A stretch of DNA of 64,000 nt, taken from the NCBI GenBank assembly GCA_963796455.1, contig CAWCLO010000010.1:704001-768000 (forward strand). The letters are read 5' to 3'. The notes beneath the pieces were generated by a model. The model did not search any database, had not been told where the DNA came from, and saw nothing but the letters and a program-made list of their open reading frames with translations. Source of the DNA: Candidatus Sulfomarinibacteraceae bacterium. Its GTDB lineage: Bacteria; Acidobacteriota; Thermoanaerobaculia; Thermoanaerobaculales; Sulfomarinibacteraceae. Positions 37,200 through 46,342 of this stretch are shown in pieces (positions within the stretch are counted from its first letter, which is position 1; each line of letters opens with the position of its first letter). The translations under genes were made by a program, and so were the position numbers.

Positions 37200-38630
37200 C
37201 TACCGGGTGCTCGGTTTGAAATCGACGCGACGGTTCTTGGCCCGCCCTTCGGCGGTGGTATTCGGAGCGATGGGCTCGTGCGGCCCAAAGCCCTTGGTCG
37301 TCAGCCGATTCGCCGCGACGCCGTTGGTGACCAGGTATTTTTTGACCGCATCGGCCCGCTTCTGCGAAAGGTCCATATTCCACGCCATCGAACCGGTGCT
37401 GTCGGTATTGCCCTGGATCTCGACCGTGAACCGTTGGTTCTTGGCGAGGAAGTTGGCGATCTTGAGTAATACCTCGGCGGCCTCGGGTCTGATGGTCGCG
37501 CGGTTGGTCTCGAAGAGGACCCGGCCCTGGACCGACCACTCGTCACCCGCCACGACGATGCCGGCGACGGGACAGCCGTTCTTCGTGACCGGAACACCCG
37601 ACGGGGTCCCCGGACACTTGTCGAGGTGATCCGGCACACCGTCACCATCGGAGTCGAGCGGGCAGCCTGAAGCGTCGACTGCAACTCCCCTTGGGGTTTC
37701 AGGGCATTTGTCGAGGTGGTCCGGTACGCCGTCGCCATCGGAATCGATCGGGCAACCTGAAGCATCGACTCTCACGCCGCTCGGGGTGTCCGGACACTTG
37801 TCGAGGTAATCGGGCACCCCGTCGTTGTCGGAATCGATCGGGCAACCGACGGCGTCGACTTCAACGCCAAGTGGCGTGTCGGGACACTTGTCGAGGTGGT
37901 TGGCCACGCCGTCGGAGTCGTCGTCGGGCCACAGGAAGGCGTCAATCACGAGTTCGGACATGGCCTCAGCCGTGGTCAGAGTATTTGCCGATCTGACATA
38001 ACCGCCGCCGCCGGCAGCAACCAAATCTTCGAGGAGGGCTCGACCGCGTTTGTCACCACCGATTTGAATCGCATAGATGTCGAAGTCTTCGCCAAATGTG
38101 TTTTTCAACGCTGTGGCGGCGGCCACTTCCTTTTTGCCCATGTGGAGACCGTCACTGACGACGATCACGACCGACGGAGACTGGTGGTCCGCCATATCGA
38201 CGGCGGAGGCGTCGAGAGCAAGGTTGAGCGGCGAGCTGCCGTTGGCACACTGAAAACGTGCGATCCCGTCTTCGAATGTGGCACCGATGTGTTCTCCGAG
38301 GTCGATGATCGACACCGTTCGGCCCGTGCTCCCGCACAGACCGCGCCCGAACGTGCGCAACGCCCCCTGAAAGTCGAGCTCGGGAATCGTCTGGTTGAGG
38401 CTGATCAGGGCATCTTCTGCGACGCTCAATTTTCGGTGCCCACGGCTTCGGTCGGCCATCGAGAGCGAGCCGTCGGTGATCACGACGAACTGATCGACCT
38501 TTCGAACATATTTGGCGGCATCAATTGAGCCAGGCTCGAAAACCAAGGTGTCGCGCGACGAGGCACAGGCGGTTGAGAAGGTTAAAGCAACGACCACCAT
38601 GAGCGTGTTCAGGGCGAATCTCTTCATCAC
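37200..38630 (-). CDS. OmpA-family lipoprotein with vWA domain and thrombospondin type-3 repeats
   Basis: Lipobox-like TAC; MIDAS-like DGSLS; four DSDGDGVPDxLDKCP repeats; OmpA C-domain GNTDSTG...NRRVD. Confidence 0.9.
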   Translation of the reverse strand: MMKRFALNTLMVVVALTFSTACASSRDTLVFEPGSIDAAKYVRKVDQFVVITDGSLSMADRSRGHRKLSVAEDALISLNQTIPELDFQGALRTFGRGLCGSTGRTVSIIDLGEHIGATFEDGIARFQCANGSSPLNLALDASAVDMADHQSPSVVIVVSDGLHMGKKEVAAATALKNTFGEDFDIYAIQIGGDKRGRALLEDLVAAGGGGYVRSANTLTTAEAMSELVIDAFLWPDDDSDGVANHLDKCPDTPLGVEVDAVGCPIDSDNDGVPDYLDKCPDTPSGVRVDASGCPIDSDGDGVPDHLDKCPETPRGVAVDASGCPLDSDGDGVPDHLDKCPGTPSGVPVTKNGCPVAGIVVAGDEWSVQGRVLFETNRATIRPEAAEVLLKIANFLAKNQRFTVEIQGNTDSTGSMAWNMDLSQKRADAVKKYLVTNGVAANRLTTKGFGPHEPIAPNTTAEGRAKNRRVDFKPSTR

Positions 38631-38835
38631 TCCTCCTCGGTTGCGGTACCTGTTTGGTTTTCATTTTCGACCAGTGCGTCTCGACCCTTCACGATGCTTT
38701 GATGCGACCGGAGTCTGTCACAAACGATTTCCTCGTGCAACACGGTTCAAGCTCCTCGGGAGGGATGAAGAGAATGACTGGGGAGCCGGGGCGGATGGCC
38801 TCTTTGTGAGGCCCCGGGTCTGTATGCTGTCGATC

Positions 38836-39513
38836 ATGAAGCAAGAATCCTACCGTGGTGTGCGGCTCGATTTTGACCGCCTCGGGGAAGACCAGATGCT
38901 CCAACGCGGCAGGTCCTTTCTCGATCGTCTGTCCGGGCGGCGATCGGTCAGACAATTTTCATCCGATCCTGTGCCTCGCGAGTTGATCGAGATCGCGGTC
39001 TCAGCTGCCAACACCGCCCCGTCAGGCGCCAACCGGCAGCCGTGGCATTTCGCAGCCGTATCCGATCCGCTCGTCAAGGCGGAGATCCGTCGGGCTGCGG
39101 AGGCCGAAGAAAAGGAGTTCTACGAGGGGGGGCGGGCGGGTGCCGAGTGGCTCAAAGCACTGCAACCGCTCGGAACCGAGTGGCGCAAACCTTTTCTCGA
39201 GACCGCACCGTGGTTGGTTGCCGTTTTCAAGCAGATATACCAACCGGGCGAGGACGGCTCGAAGAACACCAACTACTACGTCAATGAGAGCGTCGGGATC
39301 GCCTGCGGGATGTTCATCACGGCGCTCAACGAGATGGGCCTCGCCACGCTCACTCATACGCCGCAACCAATGCGGTTTCTGACCAAGATCCTCGAGCGGC
39401 CGGCAGCTGAGAGACCCTTCATTCTGTTTCCGGTGGGATACCCCGCGGCCGACTGCGAGGTGCCGGCGATTCGTAAGAAGGGGCTCGATGAGGTGAGTAG
39501 CTGGTTCGAGTGA
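38836..39513 (+). CDS. Iodotyrosine deiodinase-like flavoprotein (nitroreductase superfamily)
   Basis: RRSVRQFS, APSGANRQPW, lid EKEFY...WRKPFL, YYVNESVGIACG, LTHTP. Confidence 0.85.
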   Translation: MKQESYRGVRLDFDRLGEDQMLQRGRSFLDRLSGRRSVRQFSSDPVPRELIEIAVSAANTAPSGANRQPWHFAAVSDPLVKAEIRRAAEAEEKEFYEGGRAGAEWLKALQPLGTEWRKPFLETAPWLVAVFKQIYQPGEDGSKNTNYYVNESVGIACGMFITALNEMGLATLTHTPQPMRFLTKILERPAAERPFILFPVGYPAADCEVPAIRKKGLDEVSSWFE

Positions 39514-39518
39514 GAAAG

Positions 39519-39622
39519 GGAGCAGAGGAGCAGAGGAGCAGAGGAGCAGAGGAGCAGAGGAGCAGAGGAGCAGAGGAGCAGAGGAGCAGAGGAGCAGAGG
39601 AGCAGAGGAGCAGAGGAGCAGA
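39519..39622 (+). repeat. Octamer tandem array (GGAGCAGA)x13
   Basis: 13 perfect copies counted, starting 5 nt after the upstream stop. A pyrimidine-rich counterpart lies at 39662-39700. Confidence 0.97.
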
Positions 39623-39726
39623 GGAGACCTGCTCCTTATCACGTACAGAGCTTCCGGTACGGTTCTCCCTTTCCCCTCTTTCTCCCTTTCTCCCTTTCGG
39701 GAACGGGAATCGGAACTGTCGTTCAA

Positions 39727-39847
39727 GATGTCATCCTGAGCGAAGCGCCTTCGGCGCGCAGTCGAAGGATCTGCGGACAGGTGAGCTTCGGTTCATCTCA
39801 TAGATCCTTCGACTACGCCCCTGTGGGGCTGCGCTCAGGATGACATC
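39727..39847. repeat. REP-like branched palindrome (GTCATCCTGAGCG...CGCTCAGGATGAC)
   Basis: 16-bp terminal inverted repeat, inner 13-bp IR AGTCGAAGGATCT/AGATCCTTCGACT, and two side hairpins. A partial second copy lies at 39937-39959. Confidence 0.85.
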
Positions 39848-40044
39848 GGGAGGCGAGACTCCCATACAGGAGAAGTCGGTGACGGGTGGTTCTCCCTCTC
39901 ACCCTTTCTCCCTTTCGGGAACGGGATCGGAACTGTCGCTCAGGATGACATCGGGAGGCAACATTCGCAGACGTGCGAAATCAGTACCGAATGGTTTTCC
40001 TTTCTCCCTCTGCCCCTCTGCAACAACAAGGCGTTAGATGATGT

Positions 40045-40988
40045 TTAAGGGCGTTCCTCGAACAGGAGCGTCACGAGCCCCTCGTCGGTTTCGCACGTGA
40101 TCGCCAGGCGATTGGGAAAGAACCGATAGGCCACGGCGCCGCTGAGCGCAGCGAGGTATTTCTGCTCGGTCTCCATGAGCTCTTCCGGGCAGGCCATCAT
40201 GGTGGTGCCGAAGTCACTGATGTTGATCCCGCTCGGCCCGGCTTCTTGGATCCCGCCGAAGTAGGAGTTGCACCCAGCCGTGCCTGTCACGCGGTCGCCC
40301 AGTACCGTCAGCGTGATGTTCGTGTCCCCAACCAACCCGTGGTCTCTCCCGAGCTCCACCAGGATCCACTCGGGGCCCTCGAGATCGGCGAGCGAAAGAA
40401 CCCCGAGCTCCTCCACCGAGCTTTGCTGCAGGCCGCCGCTGTTCATCACGAAGCTCATCGAGGCCCGATGGGTCGGACAGCACGCGGCGTCATCGCCTTC
40501 CTGGCGCACGACCTCGATCACGATACGGCCGTCCTCTGATGGCCCCCGAACGGACCTGGACCCGGTCTCCGATCAGCATGGTTCCGGTATTGACGACCCC
40601 TTCTTCCCCGCGCTGGGCCACCGCCAAGTAGAGCCGCGTCCCGGATCCGCCTGAGCTTTCCCAGAGGAGGACGGCCGTTTCCTTCAAACCATCTCCATCG
40701 AGATCGCCGGTCAGCGAAAAATTCTCCACCAGTCCGACGGATGGACGCGAGGCGCCACCTGCAACATGGGGATCACCTTCCCACCGCCCACCGTTCAGCG
40801 CGACAGGATGGTCGAGAATTCCGTAGAAGCTCGTCTCGGCCAGCTCTGCCCTGGTTGGCGGCAGGGCCGGATCCTTCGCGGTGTGCTGGGTCTCGGAAGG
40901 CGTGGTGGCGCGCTTGGCGGCCGGGCCGCAGCCCTTGCAGCGAGACCGCCAAGATGATCAGTAGCAACGGAACGAGTCTCGTGGCCAT
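40045..40988 (-). CDS. META-domain (HslJ-like) lipoprotein, split by frameshifts
   Basis: Signal MATRLVPLLLIILAVSLQG; middle fragment GDLDGDG..GGSG; C-terminal META motif GTAGCNSY...TTMMACP. Found in three or four frame segments. Confidence 0.7.
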
Positions 40989-40999
40989 CGGAGAGGCCA

Positions 41000-42620
41000 C
41001 TATTCTACCGCCTCCATTTCCGATGGGTCGATCATCTTCCGATGCCTCGATGATGGCCTCCACCCGTGTCATCTGCTCGGCCAACTCTCGGTAATCCTCC
41101 TCGGTAAACGAAAATATGTTGCCTCCTTCGAACCATCGCATGGCGAACTCGATTTCCGCCTTGGCCCGAGGGTAGTCCCTTATTTCCATGTGATCCTGGA
41201 TGTTGTCTTGAATCGACCGTCTGACGATCGCGCGTGCTCGGTTGTCGGAGGAGTCGAGGGTGAAACCGGTGATGGCGAGGGCCAGGGCCATCCGCTCCTC
41301 CTCGGCCATGTCGTGTTGGGCTTCGAGTCCGGCAATGCGACTATCGAGTCGCAGACGGGCCGACCCTTCGGGCAGCGTTTCTCGAATCTCGATGAGTTCA
41401 ACCAGGTCGTCCTGAATGCCCGTAACCCTCTCTTCAACCTGCTCGATGTATTTATAGCCTTCGGCGACTCGTTGGTTCTCCAGCGAGGCCTGAAGACCGG
41501 CGCCAAACATCAGCGCCAGTGCGACCGCCGCCAGGGTGGTCATGGCTGCCGCCAAACCCGGGTTGTGGTGGCTCCAGTTCCAGAGCTGTTCGGCGGCGGT
41601 TGGTTGGGCCGCCGAGACCGGCAGGAACTCACGGTATTTGCGGACATCCTCGGCCAACTCATTGGCGGATCGATAGCGACGGAACGGGTCCTTGTCGAGG
41701 GCCTTCATGGTGATGGCGGAGACGATTCGGTTGACCCTGGGGTTGAGCTTTTTGGGAGGCTCGGGGTTGTGGTACATGACCCCCTTCATGGACTCGACGA
41801 CGGTTTCACCGCGAAAGGGGTTCACACCGGTGAGGATTTCGTACAGGATGATGCCGAGAGAGAAAACATCCGCCTGCCGGTCGGATGTGGCGGAGTGGCC
41901 GGAAGCCTGTTCGGGCGCCATATAGGCGGGAGTCCCCATGACCGAGCCGACTTGAGTTCGTCCGGAGTCCGACTGATTTACATCGTCGTCCTCCACCAGC
42001 ATCTTTGCCAGCCCCCAGTCCATGACGTAGACCACCCCGAGCCCATCGACCATGATGTTGTCCGGTTTGAGATCGCGATGGATCACGCCCTGGTTGTGGG
42101 CCGCGGCGACCGCCTGGCAGGCGCGGATGAAGATGTCGATGAAGTGGGCGCGGTGCGAGCGATCTTTGATATCTGCCGGATCGCGGGCGTCAAGCAGTTC
42201 GCGTAGGGTCTGACCGCTGACCTTTTTCATCGCATAGAAGCTCTCGCCCTCCGGAAGCACCCCGGCCTCGAAGACCGGGGTCGTGCCCGGGTGATCGAGG
42301 CAGGCCAGAATCTCGGCCTCGTTGAAGAAGCGCTGACGGATTTCGTCCTTGTGGGTGAGCTCGGAGCGCAAACACTTCACGGCCACCGACCGGTTGAGAT
42401 TGACATCGGCTGCCTGATGCACAACTGCCATGCCGCCTTCGCCCAGGGTTTCGCCGAGAACATATCGGTGACCGCTCGGCGAATCCTCGACTCGTTGCTG
42501 TGGCTCGACCCATTCAGGGTCGAGGTCTGCGGGTTCGTGGCTGTCGAGAAATTCGGTGACATCGGTGTTGTCAACGCTGTCGTTGCGCCGATCGCCCCGA
42601 CCAGGGTCGTCGGTTGTCAT
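41000..42620 (-). CDS. Hanks-type Ser/Thr protein kinase with a TM helix
   Basis: LGEGGMAVV, VAVK, HRDLKPDN, DWGLAK, GTPAYMAPEQ. The ORF as given reads on to 40773; the true stop is probably TAG at 41000 after a frameshift. Confidence 0.88.
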
Positions 42621-42828
42621 GTGACCTCCAGGGTCTGTAGCCGATCCTATAACTGTGGCCGACCTTTTGAGGGGTCGTTGCAGCGCGATCGGTCGTTGAC
42701 CGTGATTGTGCGGATTGTATCAGGGGGGCCTGGCCGAAGTGGTTTGTCAGAATGGCTTCGCTTGACGTTGGTCGGGGCGGCGGCATAGGCTCGCGACAAG
42801 AACCGGCTCGCGAAAGGATGAATGCACG

Positions 42829-44061
42829 ATGGAGAAGATGGGTCAGATTTTCCAGAATATGAAAGAGTTGGCGACCAGCATCGAGTTCGCCAACCCTCTG
42901 GTGGGCGTCATTGCATCGCTGATCACTGCCGTGATTGCATTCATTCTGTATCGGATCGTGGCTGCCATCGCCCGGCGCTCGATGGCGCGGATCGAGAGCT
43001 GGCAGGGGACTCGGATCAAGTCACTTCAGGTCCAGGAACAAGAGATTCTCTCGGCGGACGAGATCGTCGGGTTGATGACGATCATCGCCAGGGCGGTGCG
43101 GGTGATTGTGTTGGCGGCGATCGTCGTCGGCGCCGCCGAGCTGATCTTGAGTTTCTTCTCCTGGACGCGCGAGTTGGCGGCCGCGGGGTGGGGCCTTTTG
43201 CTTTCGGCGCTCCTGGATGCCGGCCGGGCGGTCGTTGGCTATATCCCGAATCTTCTCTTGGTGGTGGTCATCGCCGCCATCGCCTGGTACCTCATCCGGC
43301 TGGCGCGGCTGGTCTTCAACGGGATCGAAACCGAGCGGATCCGGTTGCGCAGCTTCTATCCCGAGTGGGCGATGCCGACCTTCAATATCGTTCGTATCCT
43401 GATCTTCGTCTTCGCCCTCGTGATGGCCTTCCCCTATCTTCCGGGAGCCGGGTCGCCCGCCTTTCGCGGTGTGTCGATCTTCGTCGGTGTGCTCTTTTCC
43501 CTCGGCTCCACCAGTGCCGTCGCCAACATGGTGGCCGGTATCGTCATCACCTACACCCGGGCCTTCAAGATCGGAGATCGGGTCAGGATCGACGAGATCG
43601 ATGGCATCGTCGTCGAGCGCAGCCTTTTCGTGACCCGGCTGAGAACCCGCCGAAACGTGGAGATCGCAGCCCCGAACTCCAAGGTTCTGTCCAACCCCAT
43701 CATCAACTACAGCGCCATGGCGAGAACGAAGTACCTTTTCCTCCACACCTCGGTTGGAATCGGCTACGATGTCGATTGGCGAAAGGTCCACGAACTCATG
43801 CTCGGGGCGGCGCGCGAAACCAAGGGCATCGCCGAGGAACCGGAAGCCTTTGTCTTGCAGAGCGAGCTCGGAGATTTTGCCGTGGTCTACGAGCTCAACG
43901 CACCCATCAACCACCCGCACAAGATGGCAGCCATCACTTCCGAGCTCAACGCCAACATCCTCGACCAGTTCCATCGCGCCGGCGTCGAGATCATGTCACC
44001 GGAGTACACCGCGCTGCGTCGAGGCAACAAACCCGCCATCCCATCCGCCGAACCGGGATAG
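42829..44061 (+). CDS. MscS-family mechanosensitive channel
   Basis: TM helices; ANMVAGIVI..RAFKIGDRV; PNSKVLSNPIINYS; GIGYD. Confidence 0.9.
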   Translation: MEKMGQIFQNMKELATSIEFANPLVGVIASLITAVIAFILYRIVAAIARRSMARIESWQGTRIKSLQVQEQEILSADEIVGLMTIIARAVRVIVLAAIVVGAAELILSFFSWTRELAAAGWGLLLSALLDAGRAVVGYIPNLLLVVVIAAIAWYLIRLARLVFNGIETERIRLRSFYPEWAMPTFNIVRILIFVFALVMAFPYLPGAGSPAFRGVSIFVGVLFSLGSTSAVANMVAGIVITYTRAFKIGDRVRIDEIDGIVVERSLFVTRLRTRRNVEIAAPNSKVLSNPIINYSAMARTKYLFLHTSVGIGYDVDWRKVHELMLGAARETKGIAEEPEAFVLQSELGDFAVVYELNAPINHPHKMAAITSELNANILDQFHRAGVEIMSPEYTALRRGNKPAIPSAEPG

Positions 44062-44103
44062 CAAGCTCTCGGCGATCGCCAGTGGCTTCGCCGGGCTTCG
44101 AAT

Positions 44104-44358
44104 TAGGAGAAAGCGAGGCGAAAGGGCGAAAGGGGGAAGGGAGACCAGTCACGCTCCCGCACAAATGCGGAGTCGTTCTCCCTTTCTTCCCTGCTCCCTT
44201 TCACCGATTCTCGGCTCTACTCCCCGGATCCATCTTCGTTAGGACCGTGCTGGGGCTCACGCCCCAGGGGCCCCCTACGGGGTTCCATCGATTCCGAGCT
44301 CCAAAGCCCCATAGCCTCAACGCCTCACGACCTCACCGCCCCATAGCCCCATAGCCAA
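44104..44358. repeat. Inverted octamer purine/pyrimidine arms, a REP-like core and a GCCCCATA-type array
   Basis: GAAAGGGC-type arm 44104-44145 and CTCCCTTT-type arm 44176-44225; CTGGGGCTCACGCCCCAG at ~44250; GCCCCATA-type units 44305-44356. Confidence 0.7.
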
Positions 44359-44410
44359 CGAACCCATTCGAAACTTGCGTCACCCTCACGACCGCGTTAG
44401 CTTCGAGCGG

Positions 44411-45800
44411 ATGAAGGACGCGGCCAAGAACAGCGACGAACGATCCGGCGTGGTGGTCCGGATCTGGCGTTCGATCTTTCCCCGCCCGATCATTCCGCGG
44501 ACCGATAAAGATCGCCGTCGCGTCATCCTCGACTTTTTCGTGCTGCATATGCGGCCGGTACGGGTTCGCCGGAGCACCATCGGCTACACCCATACCTTCG
44601 GTCTCGGTGGCAGTTCGCTGGTTCTGATTGCTCGTCATGATCGCCACCGGGGTCCTGCTCATGCTGTCCTACGAGCCGACACCGGCTCGCGCCTACTCGT
44701 CCATCGTCGATATCCGGGATGGCATGCTCTTTGGCGGGCTGGTGCGAAACATCCACTACTGGAGCGCCAATCTACTGGTGGCGGTGGTTCTCCTCCACCT
44801 GCTCCGGGTCATGTTCACCGGCGCTTTTCACGGAACTCGAAGATTCAACTGGGTGATCGGTTTGGCTTTGCTGGGCGCTGTTTTGGCCTCCAATTTTACC
44901 GGTTATCTTCTGCCCTGGGACCAACTCGCCTACTGGGCCGTCACCATCGTGACCGGCATGCTTTCCTATGTGCCGTGGATCGGTGAGTGGCTGCAGGGGG
45001 TGGCTCGCGGAGGAGCGGAGATCGGACCGGCGACCCTGGTCATTTTCTACTCCTTCCACACGACCCTGCTTCCGGTCTTCCTGGTAGTGCTCATGGGCTT
45101 CCATTTCTGGCGGGTGCGCAAGGCCGGTGGTGTGGTCGACCCGAGGCCGGTGGAAACGATCGACCAGGACAAGCCGGAGTACGTCTCGACCTTGCCCGCG
45201 CTCCTGATGCGCGAGTTGGCTGCGGCCCTTGCATTGATCGCGATCGTGGTCGTGTTGGCGACGTTTTTCGATGCGCCCCTGGGCGCCCCGGCCAATGCCG
45301 GAATGAGCACCAACCCGGCCAAGGCGCCGTGGTACTTCGTCGGTTTCCAGGAGCTCCAGCTGCACTTTCATCCGATTTTCGCGGTGGTGGTGATCCCGCT
45401 GTTGGCAGTGATTGGTCTGGCGGCGATTCCGTATTTTCGTTACAAGCCTGAAAAGGCCGGTCCCTGGTTCCTGTCCGAGACCGGGCGCCGGTCGTCGACC
45501 ATCTCGTTCCTGGTGGGTGTATTCGTTACGACACTTCTCGTTGTGGTCGATGAGCTCCTGCTCCAGCCGGGCGCAGGGCTTCCCACCGCAATCGGCCGCG
45601 GTCTGGTGCCGGTGGCGATGTTCGCAGCGGCGGTGGCGGCCTTCCGGTGGCTGATGGTGCGTCGATTCGGTCTTTCGAAATCTGAAATCGTGCAGGCCCT
45701 CTTCGTGCTCTTTTTCTCGTCCTTGGTCATCCTGACGGTCATCGGTGTCTGGTTCCGAGGCCCCGGTATGGCGCTCGTCTGGCCGTGGGGTGTCGGATGA
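44411..45800 (+). CDS. Cytochrome b (fused b6 + subunit IV-like), frameshift near 44630
   Basis: FGLGG; heme His in RNIHYW, LHLLR, FHT and [23 protein letters not shown] at the PEWY position. Confidence 0.88.
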
Positions 45801-46342
45801 GAAAGGGAGAAAGGGAGAGAGGGAGCAGGGGAGAAGGGGAGAGAGGGAGAGCCCCCCTCGAACCGACACGCCGAGGATTCTTGGGTCGCCTGTGGCTCCT
45901 CCTGGGTGGGGCTGCGGTGGCGGAGGCGGTGTGGGTTGTGAGCGACTTCATCAAGCCCCGTCGGCGAGGCGCGACGCCAATCGACGATGCGACGGTGATC
46001 ATCGCCGGGCCGGTAGATCGCTTTGCGCCGGGGACGGTCACCGCCTTTCCTGAAGGCCGTTTTTACCTCGCTCGTCTTGATGACGGCGGCTTCCTCGCCC
46101 TCGACCGAGAATGCACCCACCTCGGGTGTACGGTGCCGTGGGTTGCCGACGAGGGTCGGTTTGTTTGCCCCTGCCACGCTTCGGCATTCGATATAACCGG
46201 GAATGTCTTGAGCCCGCCGGCGCCCCGTCCGCTCGACATTTACCCGGTGCGCATCGAAAACCAGATCGTCAAGGTCGATACCGGCAACCGGGTTCGGCGC
46301 CGTACCGCCGACTCGGCACAGGGTGAAATCCATGACGGTTGA
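45797..46342 (+). CDS. Rieske 2Fe-2S protein (Tat-exported)
   Basis: TRRGFL Tat motif; CTHLGC and CPCHAS boxes; ATGA overlap with the cytochrome b stop. Confidence 0.92.
   Translation: MRKGERERGSRGEGERGRAPLEPTRRGFLGRLWLLLGGAAVAEAVWVVSDFIKPRRRGATPIDDATVIIAGPVDRFAPGTVTAFPEGRFYLARLDDGGFLALDRECTHLGCTVPWVADEGRFVCPCHASAFDITGNVLSPPAPRPLDIYPVRIENQIVKVDTGNRVRRRTADSAQGEIHDG

Noticed and set aside
37560..37930. 87-nt periodic DNA repeats
   Set aside because: Explained by coding thrombospondin type-3 repeats in the OmpA protein.
39510..39803. ORFs with AEEQRSRG / LLCSSAPL or RNPKSEI repeats
   Set aside because: They are translations of 8-mer and 7-mer DNA arrays, not credible proteins.
40773..42620. 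Kinase fused to a lipoprotein signal as a genuine 615-aa protein
   Set aside because: The tail contains the start of the downstream META lipoprotein, and a TAG lies at 41000 in an adjacent frame. An indel is the simpler explanation.
44600..44650. Programmed frameshift in cytochrome b
   Set aside because: No slippery heptamer or stimulatory structure was seen, and it is one of many similar indels.
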